Source of the DNA: Octopus vulgaris | Lineage: Eukaryota | Assembly (NCBI GenBank): GCA_951406725.2 | Contig: OX597814.1 | Location: 174,034,001-174,098,000 of the forward strand | DNA: 64,000 nucleotides | Reading direction: 5' to 3' | Shown: positions 37,182-51,692 of the stretch, one piece after another | Position numbering within the stretch: position 1 is the first letter of the stretch | How the letters are laid out: each line of letters starts with the position of its first letter | The notes under the pieces: generated by a model | Database searches by the model: none | What the model saw: the letters and a program-made list of their open reading frames with translations, nothing else | Told to the model about the DNA's origin: nothing | Made by a program: the position numbers and the translations under genes

Positions 37182-40100
37182 CTTTTTGTATAAGCTTAGG
37201 GTCAATGAAGAATCAAAGAAGGAAGGTGTTGAAAACCAGAGAAGTTTTGAGATTTCAGATCTTAAGTAATGATGTATTGAAACAGTTGAAGCATAACATA
37301 TTGAATGTCAAGAAAGTATAAAGAAAGCAATGGGAGGCGGAAAATAAACATTTGGGATAGCTCAGTCAATCTGTTATCTTTTAAGTGGCCTTATTACATT
37401 TTAACTTATCAACTGTTCCTTTCTAGTATTACTACTTTGATATGATATTAAAGTTTCCCAACAGTGTATTTTATAATGGTTGATATAGTTTTGTCTAGTT
37501 GCTTTTGTGTGCTTGCAGTCACCCCAAGCAATTCTAAGTGATGCCCTCTTTTTTTCTGGGTGTTGCTGGTTTTGCTGTATCCTCTCTTTCTCTCTCTCTC
37601 TCTCTCTCAGACACACACACACACATGTAATGAGACATTAAACACCTTGTAGGATTGAGTTGCTGATTTAATATAATTACTCACACACATACACACATTC
37701 TTACACACACACACATATATATAAAAGGTGTGTTACTTGGCACCCATATATCAATGTGTCTTTTGTCTGTTGCTGACCTGAAACACAAGCAGATTTCTGT
37801 TCACTTACACTAATAGAGACATTCTAGATTCACTGACGGCCGACCGATGGTATTGTATTGTTTTACACAACTACTCTTGAGACCAACTTGTGAGTACCCT
37901 CCCTGCACACCCTGCGCACAATTGCACATATTTTTGTCTCTCATTCACATCTTTGGTATCTACCTGTTGCCTGGAATTAAGCAGTGACATTTACCTCTCA
38001 ACCCCACATTCTCACCACATATGAAAGAGAAATTCCTTCTCTGTACTGGTTAACAAAAAGGCCAGTATTTCACGAGTTTGTTCGCCACCCTTGATATATC
38101 ATTTCATCATCAGTTGATCCAGTGAAGATTATTGAGTTGTACTGTAGTCACCTAACCAGATGTTATTCAATTGCATCAGCCACTGCTAAATGGATTTTGT
38201 TGACTTCACCAATGACGGATATGCGTGAGTAGGTTCTCTTAAAGAAATTGACACTGAAATCATTCAGATACACTAATATTGTTTCAAACATACAAACAGA
38301 AAGATATTTAGTATGCAGATAAAAATTTGCCTCTAATTTAATCATATAGACTTGTGTTTTGATATATGTACATAATTTATCACTATTTACCATCTTCTGT
38401 GTGAGTTTACCAGTTTGTTTGCATATCTGTCATAATATAGCTATCTATATGTGCGTGTGTGTGTGTGTACATATATACAGAAAAATACACGTGCACGTAT
38501 GAAAAATTATATCAGGTGAAAACTGTGGTTATTATTGTATTTTTGTTTCACTATAAAATTAGTTTTGATAAGAATTCAAGAGAAAATCTCTTTCTAGAAA
38601 GTAAATATTGATTTTTAATTGTCAGTGAGTCACAATTTACAAAGAAATTTGAATTGTGAAAAAAAAATCTGGTGTTTTTAACAGATTACAAAAACACACT
38701 CATACGCCTTTGATAATTATTTTTGTTAGTTATGTGTATGCATAAAAGAAGTTATGACATTTTATTTTTAAAATATAATTAAAGGCATTGAGTGCAATAG
38801 TCCACTATCTCAGCAACTCCAGCATGTCATAATTGTTGGGTTAGGTAGAGTTACCAAGTGTCAGTGCATGATTGTGCATGCACACACGTGTGTGTGTGTG
38901 TGTTACTGCCTTCATAGCTTGATATTTTGTGACAACTGAAAATGAATGTCTCCATCATGCAAGCAGTGTCTTTCATTCCCAGTCTTTCATGGAAACATAT
39001 CTGGTCATGAAGAAATATTACCTTACTTAGAAACAGGTGAGAGTTGGCATCAGGAAGGGCATCCAGCTGTAGAGAAATATTTACCTCAACAAAAATTTCA
39101 TCCAATTTATGTAAGCATAGAAAATTGGACATTAAAACAATGTTGATGATTTTACACACACACACACACACATATTGATATAGATACATACATACATGCA
39201 TGCATGTATGCATGCATACATACACATATACATACAAGTGCCATCTGTGAGTGGAACAGTAAAAATATGCAAGACTTTTCTCAAGTTCCAAATGTGAATT
39301 TGTCTGTGTTAACTACATCCCAAAGGTGGTACCTTGTGTCTTTATTAAAAATTGGCTCCCTCCTCAGTGAAAGATTTATAATAATTAAAAAATAGAAGAC
39401 ACACACACATGCACGCACACATAGATATTGTAATAAATTTGCGTGTGACTTAAAGGTCTTATCTATCTTCAGATAAAATGTGACATTTTATGAGAGTGAC
39501 AGTTGGCCAAGTTTATAGGCATGTTTGCTTATTTGTCCCAATCACAGTCTCGCTATCTCTGAATACTTTCCAAGATTAGATATGACTTTCTGATGGTAGA
39601 AACTGTCAGTGTGGTTCAATTTAAAAAACGAAAAGAATCATAAATTAGTTATTTGAAAATTCACTTTTTCATCTTTAAATGTTATTACTTTTGTAGGGGT
39701 ACAAAAGAGATACAAAGGTATAGAAAGGTTTTAAGAACCAGTAGCTTGGTTTGTGGTACCTATGAAGGAAGCTTTGATGCAGCTCTGTTTGAAAGTTTTT
39801 ACCAAATATTTGGTCAACTATCTCTGTAATCAAGGTCTACATACTCAGAACTGAGCAAGTAGGGAAAGTTAGGCATTTCTTACAATGTCTACAGCCCAGT
39901 AGGAGTAGATTAAATCAGTAAGCCATTCTGGTGGTATTACTCTGCAATCACCTCCATTAGGTTTAAGGAGTGAGGTTATACTTGGGATATCAGTAGCAAC
40001 TGAACATAAAAACATTGATAGATTCACATGTTATCTCAATGACGTATGATGGCCATCTGGAGAAAGTCTTATAGATGTATGGTAGTTATATGGAGAAACT

Positions 40101-41335
40101 CTTACAAATGAAAGAAATCCCAGTTCAGCTTTGGTTATCTGATAAGCATATGTTTGGGTCTTTGTCGCTTGAAATTTGTCTATCTTCTTCCATCCTGTGT
40201 AGGAGTTCAAAATCCCTAAATAAAATAAATAAATGAATACCAAACTAATTTATTAGTTCAGAAGCTTAGGGAATTTTTTTTTCTTTTACTTTATCAAATG
40301 TAATACTATGAGTTGCTTTACTTCTCTTTTTATTTATTCCTCTCTACCATTTGAAAACACTTTCCTTAAATCACACCTTGCTCTCTTAAAAATAGAAGGA
40401 CACATTGATTGGATAATGTAGTTTTTGATAAAACTTGGATAATGTAGTTTTAGAATAAAAGAAGGGATGGTCACCACTTGAATGTCTTTGATTATAAGTC
40501 TGCTAACAAAGGCTGATCTGGTGCTAAAAAGACAAAATTATTCTCAAGCACGATTGAAATTTTACTACTTCAGTTTAACATTTTGGCAACAAAGTCTAAT
40601 TATTGATATTTCAACATAAAAGATGACAGAACCACTCTTATAAATTCTATAAGATTAAAGATTAAAATAGAATTCAGAAAAAAAGATAATTTTTGTTCAT
40701 TCTACTTTAATATTTTTTTTTAATCAACAAAAAAAAAAAGGGGTGAAAAAGTTATTTTGATAGTTTGGTCCAGATGAAGAAGCTTTGCCCATGGCCTTTA
40801 CAGGCTTCCCCAGACTGGTGAGATCAATGCCACTTAAACTATTGCAGATGAGAAAATAAAGTAAATCTCACCTTACTTAGTGTCTTGTCATAGCAAGAAC
40901 ACATCATCATCATCATCATAATGCCCATTTCTCCATGCTTGCATGAGTGCGATAGAATTTGTCAAGGCAGATGTTCTATAGCCAGATGCCTTTCCTGTCA
41001 CCAACCTTCACCTACTTTCAAGTACAGAATATTTCCCCCATGACCAGTCATGTTTTCACGGAAGACTGGAAATGTAGGGCACTGCTTTCGTGATGGTGAT
41101 ACTTGTTTACAACTATCATGCAATGTCAAAGCAAGGAGACAGTAACACACACATATACCTGATGGGCTTCTTCCAGTTTTTGTCTACCAAATCAATTCAC
41201 AATTCTTTGGTCAGCCTGGGGTTATAGTATAAGATACTTTCCCAAAACCATGTGGTTGAAAAGCAAATTTCTTACCATACAACCACACTTGTGCCTATCA
41301 CAACCATGCTTGCACTTAGATATTAAATCATATAT

Positions 41336-41560
41336 ATTTCTTTACTGCCCACAAGAGGCTAAACATAGAGGGGACAAACAAGGTCAGACAAACGGATTAA
41401 GTCGATTATATTGACCCCAGTGCGAAACTGGTACTTTATTTATCTACCCCGAAAGGATGAAAGGCAAAGTCGACCTCAGCGGAATTTGAACTCATAACTT
41501 AACGACAGACAAAATACCGCTAAGCATTCCGCCCGGCGTGCTAACATTTCTACCAGCTCA
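41336..41560 (-). mobile_element. SINE family B
   Basis: Reverse complement of 52184-52416. Confidence 0.85.
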
Positions 41561-43562
41561 CAGAATAGTCTTAGATACACTATAGGTGAAGACAGAAAGA
41601 CTGCATGGTCATGGTTGGTGTGCCTTTCACATATGTCCATTCAATCATGATTGAGTTACAGCTAAACAATAACACAACCACCACATGTCAAACTAACCTT
41701 CCTGCAATTTCGCCGTTTATATCCGATTCTTCTCTTCAAACACGTTACAGTAAACATATACAGTTCTTCATTCTAACAACTGTTATTCTACTCTGTGAAA
41801 ATGATTTTTCCTTCTTCAATGTATTTCTGCAATGCACTGACCTCTGATCTTTCCAACTGAGTGCCCCTTATGCTGGAGGCAATATATTTCATTACTCAGA
41901 TGCTTCCATGTATGAAAAGAAAAAAGATATTTCTCTCAGAGGTTTCTCTCAAATACCATCATCACTACTACCACTACCACCCTGCCATTGCTATCATCAT
42001 TGGCGTCATCATTATTAATGTTGTTTATTTAACTCCAAGTCAGCTTTGATCCAGGTGAAATATGATAAAATGTGTTCCAGCTTTTAATGCTTCATTTTCC
42101 CATCATATTTCTTTTCTTTTCCTGTTTTGACTAATTATGTTTTTCCTTTCATTAGACAGTAAGGTGCAATTTGAGAGAAATTTGGGTGATATCTGTAGCA
42201 GATAAAGCACCCACTTAGACTCTGTTATTAGTTTGTTATAGTGAAATCGGCTCCGATCAAAAGTGTTCCAAATATGACCATTCATCTTAGTATTTTTAAA
42301 TTGCATTGAGGGCCACTTTATCAAATGTGCCCCCGCCTTTTTTTTTCTTTGAAACAAAAAAACAGTTGGGTATGATTTGAAGGAAGTTTGGCTACTGATT
42401 CTAGTAGATTCAGCTTCTGCATACAGGGTCTTTCATTGGCATATTTTCACTTCTAATGTATCATTCTTGATGATATATTTCTGGCATAATTTTTATTAAG
42501 CAATAAAAGTTGTTATGCTTTATGTGCTAGTTTAGGTTTTCAGAAATATTAGCAAATTTGTGCCTGTTAGTGTATTTATGTCTGTGTGGGTTGTGCTTGT
42601 TTTGTGGTGTGTGTGTGTTTGACTTAAATCTGAAACTATAGAATATGAAATTATGCAATTTGTTGTAGCAGCATGCAACAACAGGAAGTGTGTGGAAAAT
42701 ATGTGACAAGTAATAACTCATAAGTTATATTGTGTACACAATCTTATTTCCATTTATTTTATGGATGGAAGTAGACTGCAGTGTTTTTATAAAAAGTTAT
42801 AGGATTTAATGCAGTAAAAGTCATTTCATTAACTCACAGTGAAAGGATGTTTATTTGACTGTTGAAATACAAAAAAAGTTATATCAAATTCTGAATAAAA
42901 AACTTAACTATGTGTTTGAGATATAAAGATTGCTTTTGTCATACATCAACAAATCACCCCCCAGTAAGGGAGAACAACTATGTGCAGAATCAGTCCTGTC
43001 TTTTGCTTAAGAGTGAATCAAATTTCACTGTTTCAGAATATTTTTAAATATGCATCTTAAAGATTTGTCCCCCCCCCACTCATTTTTCTCACACAGAAAC
43101 ACTATTAAGTCATGTCTTTTGCTTCCTTCTCTGTTTTAATTTGTGTATTCTGCAGTTATTGTCAAGTGTTTTATTTCCCTGTGTGTGTGTGTGTGTGTAT
43201 GCATATATATATATATATCATCATCAATTAATGTCCACTTCCATGCTGGCATGGGTTGGACAGTTTAACAGGGTCCAAAGTGGCGCAAAGTTGCATCATG
43301 TTCCATGTCAACTTTGACATGTAAATGTAATGTGTGTGAGTATATGTATGTATGTATGTATGTGTGTGTGTGTTTATATCTACTACATATGTGGGGAATT
43401 CTTTCTGTGGGCGTGTTTGTTTATGGAGTTGTTAGCTAACTCCTACATCATTTTATTGATTTTGATGAAACTTGACACGTGAGTAGAATGCATGTCTGGA
43501 AACTTTGTGACATAATTAGATTGTTGAAAAGTCGATAATAGGGCCCCTGCAAGAGATCCTTA

Positions 43563-44755
43563 TATCTACTATATATAACTAATATATTTTACTTAAGCAC
43601 CCAAGCACCTGCATTTACAATTGTCAGTTTTTAGCAAAGCGATCAATATTTGATTCTCATTATCAGTGAACCTAATTCTGTATTTTACTACTCACAGTTT
43701 TGAACTGCTAAACCTTATTATTGCACTTTCTTCACTTGAATCTTAAACATTAAAGATTTCATTCATACATTTATATACATACATACATTTTTGCACTTAT
43801 ATATACTACATTTATATGTTAGCTTTAATAAATTAGCCTTGATATATAGTTAACCTTTAAAATGCCACATGTAAGAGTAAGAGTGGGTACTTCTACTTCA
43901 CAAGCTGCTCTAATGTGACAGTGGTGATCTCAAATAAGTCTCCAATTCATTATGTTTGATATTTAATAAATTAAACAATTATTCTTCATCTATTCTCCTT
44001 CAATATCTCGAGAGCTATATACATATTGCTGTAATTAATTTTGACATTGCATTAATAGACATTTTTTCAACATCTCCAAATAACTAAATGCTGGCAATGC
44101 ATGCAGGGTTTTCAATTAAATTTGATTAGACTTTGAATGCCCATAACTTCGATAATTCTGCATTTTTCCAGTTAAATGTTTTCGATGACAGTAGATAAAT
44201 ATTTGATTCCAGAATGTATTTAATATGTGTGTTCCAATCCTGCTTTTTCTCACAGACAGCTCTATTTCAGAAAATTTATTCATCTATGCACCCAACAGCA
44301 AAGCCAAAAACATTGTGTATCACGAAGCCCTCTGTAAGACTGACAATCTCGCTCGCCAACCTCCACTAACCTCTCTCGCCAACCTCTGACAACTTCTCTC
44401 GCCAACCTCTGACAACTTTTCTCACCAACCTCTGACAACCTCTCTCACCAACCTCTGACAACCCCTCTCGCCAACCTCCGACAATTTCTCTCGACAACCT
44501 CTGACAATCTCTCTCACCAACCTCTAACAATCTCTTTTGCCAACCTGTGACAGTCTCTCTCACCAACCTGTGACAACCTCTCTCGACAACCTCCAACAAG
44601 CTCTCCCCTCCTCTAGCTGACAATTTTTTGTACTTTTTCACGGCAGAAAATACACCTTTTGTGGCAGTTATAACAAAATTGCTTTTTTATATCAGAGTAA
44701 TAAGGCATTTAAATAGAACAAGTTTACCCTTGGGAATTACTGGGTACACCATCTA

Positions 44756-44757
<2 letters not shown>
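43563..44757 (-). mobile_element. Helitron/Helentron-like element containing a minisatellite
   Basis: Ends ATCTACTATATA... and ...CCCTTGGGAATTACTGGG...CTAGTAT are reverse complements of the terminal style at 13828-14630. Confidence 0.45.
44340..44600. repeat. 23-bp minisatellite, about 11 copies
   Basis: Unit ctgacaacctctctcgccaacct; gacaac recurs at 44388, 44411 and 44434. Confidence 0.92.
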
Positions 44758-44801
<44 letters not shown>

Positions 44802-45173
44802 TCTTTTACTTGTTTCAGTCATTTGACTGCGGCCATGCTGGAACACCCACTTTAGTTGAGCAAATCGACCCCAAGACTTATTCTTTGTAAGCCTAGTACT
44901 TATTCTATTGGTCTCTTTTGCCGAACTGCTAAGTTACGGGTACTTAAACTCACCAGCATCGTTTGTCAAGCAATGTTGTGGGGACAAACAAATACACACA
45001 AACACACATATATATATATATATATATAATGTTCTTTCAGTTTCCATCCACCAAATCCACTCACAAAACTTTGGTCGGCCTGAGGCTATAGTAGAAGACA
45101 CTTGCCCAAGGTGCCACACAGTGGGACTGAACCATGTGGTTGGTAAGGAAGCTACTTACCACACAGCCACTCC

Positions 45174-45177
<4 letters not shown>
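44802..45177 (-). mobile_element. SINE family A
   Basis: Near-complete reverse-complement copy between (TA)n tracts. Confidence 0.88.
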
Positions 45178-45219
<42 letters not shown>

Positions 45220-47456
45220 TGCATGCATGCTTGCTTACTTTGAACTATTGCAATACTGGTTTAGTGATATTTTAGAATTTTTACATATCCTATCCTTACA
45301 CATTATTTTAGGAAAAGGTCTTTTGGCATCAATGAAGAGCAGCTTTCAGGAAGAAAGCTGCATAGAACCAACCAATCCTTATTCAAGAAATAAAAGAAAC
45401 AAAGCATAAAAAAGATATTTCTAAAAGACACAAATTGTTTTATTTTCCAAACTTGTGTGAAAGTGAATTGTTAAAAAAAAAAGATGTGAAAGACAATATG
45501 AGGACCAATGTGTGTGTGTGTGAGGGAGAGAGAAAAGATTTGTTAGTTACTATTTAAGAGTGTCTTTTTTTTTTTGTATGTAATAGTCTTTCTTTAGGGA
45601 TGTGTCATCAGTTATTAAGTTACGGAACTTCATACTTGACTACATCAAGTCTAGTGTTTTAATGTAATTCAAATACACACTCACATTGTATTATATTATA
45701 TTCCCCCTGCTATATACTGAAAAAGTTAACACAGAAGAAAGTAATTTATTTTACACTCCTTACCTAAATATCATTTGAAATCACAGGTTGTGTTGTGTCT
45801 GCTGTGTTAAACTCATCTTGTCTTAATTTTAGCCTAAACTCTGCTTGTACAGTGGTTGATTGTTTGTACTCAGGAAGTCAATACTTAAATAAATTGACTG
45901 AAACTTAAACAAGAGCTCTTAATTTAGTCAGTATTAGGCTCATTATGATTTGTTAGCTATTTTGATGAATATGTTGTGTTACTATGTTAGATTGCTTTTC
46001 AAATTAAAAACTTTAGAGATAGTAGGACATGTTATCATTGGTTGAACAAAAATGTATTTTTATTTAATCAGTTAAAGCTGATGGATGCTTAATCTTTTAT
46101 GTGGCAATTTTCTTGGGATTAATTAGCAGTAACACTGGTATTTTTGTTTATTAAATTTGAATGAAAATGAAATAGTTAACCATGAGGTAACAGAAAATCT
46201 AACCTATAAGGTCTAATTATTTATCTCTGATATATCTAGTTTGTGTTTTATGCTTGGGTATATTTATGAAATTCTTATAAGTTCCAATGGCCTTTGATAG
46301 TCATGAAAAGGGATTGTGGGTAATTGTCTCTGATGGCATAATGTTTTTTACTGCATAATACATTTCACATAACTATATATACTGAAGTTTTAATTGATGG
46401 CACATAGATTTTGACAAGTCTTAAAACTATATTGACTTTAATCAATTATTTCTAATCCTAATGTATGAGAACTTTAAAGCATTCCCAGCCACATAGTTCC
46501 AAGTTCAGTCTCACTGTGTGACACCTTGGGCAAGTGTCTTCTACTGTAGCCTCAGGCCGACCAAAATCCTGTGAGTGAATTTGGTAAACAAACTGAAAGA
46601 AGCACATAAGTGTGTGTGTGTATGTTTATATCTGTGCCTACCCGCCTCCCCTTGCTTGGCAACCACTGTGGGGATGTTCTCGTCCCTGTACCTTAGTGGT
46701 TCAGCAAAAAGCAACCAATTGAATAAGTGTCAGGCTTATAAAAATAAGTGTTGAGGTTGATTGAAAATTCTTCAAGGTGGTGTGCCAGCAGGGCCGCAGT
46801 CTAATGACTGAAACAAGTAAAAGATAAAAGAATCATTTACTAGCATGGGACACGGACATTGATGATTATGTTTTACACACACACACACCTTTGCGTTGAG
46901 CTCACAATTAAAAAAAATATCACTGGAAGTAGGAAGTATTCCTCTATCTTCCAGAATACCATGGAAGGATTTGAACTTAGCACTACAATCTAAAAAAAAA
47001 TGATAAAATATTTGTCAGCTTTGCAGAATTCCTGGCCTTTATCATGTCTTACAGCAGAGCACTCCTGCAAATATAGGTACCGATTAGTGCCTCTCTGTCT
47101 TTCTCTGTCTCTTACACTCCCTTTCATCTTCTACTTCCCTCTCAGTTGGAAATTGCCTCTATTTTTGTCTTTTGCTCTCCTAGTGATTAATTCAAGATTG
47201 CCTCTATGGTATCAATTTACTGGAGGGAAAACTGAGCCATCAGGTGCTAAGTGCTTTCTTTTTGCCAGTGATATAGTGCAGTGCCAATGACAGAATACAA
47301 ATTGTTGAACTTTCAACCAGTAGGTTTTACGCGTATGCACCACAAGTTTTTATATACACACAGACACATATATATTAAAGAATTAGAAAAGTATAAGGTG
47401 ATGCTAACTGGTTTTAACAAACAGTATAAATCATCCTATATTTTGTATATTTACAG

Positions 47457-47517
47457 GTTGGAGAAAGATTATACAGCCCTGAAGAGTAAAGAAAATGAAG
47501 AACAGATTGAATTACGG
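47457..47517 (+). CDS. EVI5: EVI5-like coding exon E (start of coiled coil)
   Basis: tatttacag acceptor and CGG|gtatgt donor; 61 nt, phase 2/0, completing the AG|G Arg codon from exon D across a 28.9-kb intron; (R)LEKDYTALKSKENEEQIELR. Confidence 0.9.
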
Positions 47518-49103
47518 GTATGTTGAATTTTTTTTTCTTTGTATTTTGGGTTTTTTTTTTTTTTTTTGCTTTTAGTTTTCCAGCTAAACAGTTCCCTGCA
47601 TGTGGAAGTTACCTTGTATTGTACAGTTGAAGATACTGCCCATTATCTTACTCTCATTCAATTGCTGAGCCCACCATCATAATCCCTGCATGATGAATAT
47701 CAAGAAAGCAAAGGCTATTTTCATGCATTTCATGACATTATGAACTGTCTTACTTCCCAAGAGTTGGTATTCATTGAGAACTTCTTCCAGTATTTTTTAC
47801 CTGTACAGCTGCAAGCGAACTACTTGGGGATTTGAGGATTGCAAGTTTTGGTTGTGTGAGAGATGTGGAGAAGCTTACCTCAGGGGATAGTAAGGTCACA
47901 CCCATTTAGCTATCAGGTTTGTCACAGGTGGAGTACAATTTGTCATAGATGGTATAGATATAACAAATAAGCTGATTTAATGAGCAGGGAGATGTAGGAG
48001 GCACACATAGTTTTGAAAATAATGAAATGTGAGGTGAGAGCCATTGATTAGAAAGTGACAACTGATAAACATTCACCTGAAACAAGACAGTTATATGTAT
48101 GCGGTCACTCATAAAATTTAATAGAGGAAAAAAATGGTCAATTGGATGAGGTATGAACTAATGTATAACACGATTTTAGTTCAAACCAGTTATAATTGTA
48201 TTTCTACCTGAGAGTTCACTCTACATTGCCTCAGTTCATTTAATGGGAGAAATGGGTACAAAACTATTCTGAGGAAATTATATATATGTTTACATTCTAG
48301 CCTAGCTCAGGTTTGCCATGTATCATGTTTCATACAGTATGAAAAGCAGGGTTAAGTTCCATTCTGTGGATCATTGTGATTAGTGGATTTAAATGATACG
48401 TGCCTGTTCATCCTAACATTTAACAAAAGGAAGTGTGTGTGTCTATGGGGGATTTTTTTTTGTTGTTGTTGATTTTTTTTTATCCCTGCAAATTTCATAC
48501 TTTCTTACAATCTGTTCAAGTTCCTTTTAAAACTTTAGTCATGCAACGTAATGCATTTAGGATCTAATATTACCAGTTCATCTCTCTCTCTCTCTGTATA
48601 TGTATATATATATTTGTGAGTGTTTGTTATTTATTTCTTGATTATTGAAATGGTGTATAATGATATTAATGACAGGATGTTAAAGATATGGTAATTGAAA
48701 TAGAGATTTGTTGATAAATAGTGCATAAACTTTACATTATAGTTTTTCTTCCCCCCCCCCCCCCGACACAAATATAAGTTAACCTATCTGTGTGTGTATG
48801 TGTGTTAATTGTTTCTGTTGTCATTGAAGTGTATTGGCTTACAACCTGTAGCAGTAAAAGTACTGCTAATGTCACATAATGGCAACAAAATAAGTCCACA
48901 TCCTGACTAGGTTTACTTCGCTTTTTTGTTGTTTTTTTATCCCTCTAAGCTCAATAGAATAAGTACATCATCATCATCATCATCATCTTTTAACATCCAT
49001 CTTCTATGCTGGCATGGGTTAGATGGTTTGACTAGAGTTGGCAAACCGGAAAGCTGTATCAGGTTCCAGTCTGTGTATACCTGTGTATAAAATGGTTACT
49101 TAA

Positions 49104-49310
49104 CCCTTTAGCATTTAATCTAGCCTCATCTGGCACAAATATTTTACCTATTCTATGTTCAAACTGACACTTAGCATACTATATCATTCTAAAAATAAAA
49201 AAACCATGTCATCAAAGTTTTGGGGTAATGAAATAACACATGATTAATTTAAAACAATATGAATGAATAATCATTACAGTTAACAGAATAATAATCTGAA
49301 TGCTAAAGGG
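49104..49310. mobile_element. piggyBac-like MITE, second family
   Basis: TTAA|CCCTTTAGCATT ... AATGCTAAAGGG|TTAA. Confidence 0.85.
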
Positions 49311-49506
49311 TTAAGGCATGAGGGATATAATCGATTATACCCATGACATACTGTGTCCCATCATTGCCAGACTCTAATAATGGAAACCAATAAAAGAATT
49401 TTGAACATTGTGTGATCAATTATTTAAACTGTAACTCACAAAAAAAAGACAGGGATTGTGTTAGAAAGTAGCTGAAATGAAAAGTTTTGAAAATGAATTA
49501 ACATCA

Positions 49507-49680
49507 GCGTAGGAGTGGCTGTATGGTAAGTAGCTTGCATACGAACCACATGGTTCCGGGTTCAGTCCCACTGTGTGGCACCTTGGGCAAGTGTCTTCTG
49601 CTATAGCCTCGGGCCGACCAAAGCCTTGTGGGTGGATTTGGTAGACAGAAACTGAAAGAAGCCCGTCATATATGTGTGTG

Positions 49681-49732
<52 letters not shown>

Positions 49733-49921
49733 TGTGCTTGTCCCCCCAACATCGCTTGACAACCGATGCTGGTGTGTTTACGTCCCTGTCACTTAGCGGT
49801 TCGGCAAAAGAGACCAATAGAATAAGTACTAGGCTTACTAAGACTAAGTCCTGGGGTTGATTTGCTCGTCTAAAGGTGGTGCTCCAGCATGGCCACAGTC
49901 AAATGACTGAAACAAGTAAAA
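49507..49921 (+). mobile_element. SINE family A, near-consensus copy
   Basis: Complete head, core, microsatellite and tail, with many CpGs intact. Confidence 0.9.
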
Positions 49922-50213
49922 TAGTATCAGTGATGACTTTGCAGCAAGTATTGTGCATTTGCTGATTGTTGCAAGTGCCTGTGTAAGTATGAACAGACTT
50001 CTTTTGGAACATCAAGGATGTAACAGCTGGAGAAATAAAGAGCGCTGCACCAGCACTCAGCTGGTACTTGGTTTTAGCTAAATAGGCTGAAGCAACATGA
50101 GATGAATGCCTTGCTCAAGAACACAACATGCTGCTTGGTTCAGGAATTGAACTAACAACCATATGGTCATGACAGGCCAACACCCCAACCACAAAGCCAT
50201 GAACATATATATA

Positions 50214-50255
<42 letters not shown>

Positions 50256-51692
50256 TAAATATTTGTTGTGCAAAACTGGCAATATGACCATTCCGAAATA
50301 TAACAATATATATATATATATATGTTTCTTTGATATATATATTTATTTATGTATGTATATAATGCAAGACATTCTTTCTATCATCTGACAACTAGAAATT
50401 AAAGAGATCTCAGTACCTCTGACAATAAGGGATTACTGAATTAGAAGAAACGATTTGAGCTATGAATTAAATGCTTTAATATTTTGAGTTCAAAGTACAT
50501 CAAAAGCTCAATTCACTTTCCGTTTTTATGGAGTTGATAAAACAAGTAGCAGTCAAGTGTTGGAATTGACAAAATCAACCACATCTCTCCTGCACAGTAG
50601 GTGGCCTTATACCAGAGTTAGAAATCATTACTCAACAACGCCTAACATATTGATGCACTTCTACCCCCCTCTCCCCCTTCCTCACATGTGCAAAAGGTGA
50701 AAAATAATGTTACTAAGTGAAGAAAAAAAAATTACTCTAAATAACATAGAAATGTATTTTGATTGAATAATAGAAAACTGGAGGGGAAAATACCATAGGT
50801 GGTAACCTATTATTCAAAGATTGTTTTAAATCAAACAATGTTACATTAATGATAGAGTAGTGTTAAAAGAAGGTCACCATTTTTTTTGTTAGCACCTGAT
50901 ATTATTATAAATGGCCATTGTTTTCAGAGTGCACATCAGGTGGTTTGTCATACATGCATTAATCACCACAGGAGCAGTGAGACTGTCTCACAAGACAACA
51001 GCATGCAAAAGTTCAAAGTGCATACCTGCATAATAATTATATGTTGTAAAATGTGCAAGGCCTAGTTTTCAACATATCATCTCACTGCAAGAATGCCAGC
51101 GTACCTGGTTTCAGGACAAGAACAATTATCAACAGCAACAATAAGAAAACAACCATGAACAAGTAAGAAGCAGCTACTCATAGTTATAAGAATACAAAGA
51201 AAAAAATGTATTTGCAAATATGAAAATAAACAAAACCTTGCCAACAAAAATATAGACTATTCCATTGTGTGTTGTACTGTCTAAATGACACATAGTTAAA
51301 GAACTGTATGCGTGTTTGTTTTACTCTAGCAAAATGATGAGGCAATGTGGTATTTAACCAGACTGAACAGTTAGTAACTGTAAGAATATCATGTTTTGCA
51401 TGTATTATCAAACAGATTGGCAGAGACATGAGAGCGTTGGAAAAAATACCCTGTGGTATTAGTTCCAGGTATCTGCTGGCCTCTGAGTTCAAATCCTGCT
51501 GAGGTCAACTTTGTTTTCCTTCCTTTCAGAATCCAGGGAAGTGACCTGGTAGAATCGATAGTGTCAGACAAGATGCCTAGTAGTATCTGTTCCAGCTCTT
51601 TGCCTTCTGATAGCAATTCCATCATTTTTGCTTTGTAAATAATGAATAATAAATAATATTTTCCTATTTGTTAAACACTTCATCCTCTAGTT

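Noticed and set aside
37817-37895. Possible cassette or first exon ending at GTGAGT 37890
   Set aside because: Candidate lengths are not multiples of 3, and the ATG frame ends in phase 1, incompatible with exon E; it could at most be non-coding.
44340-44600. Possible CRISPR array
   Set aside because: Contiguous 23-bp units with no unique spacers, in a eukaryotic intron with no cas genes.
49930-49980. Box C (GTGATGA) and box D (CTGA) snoRNA-like motifs
   Set aside because: The boxes are too close together and there is no terminal stem or recognisable guide.
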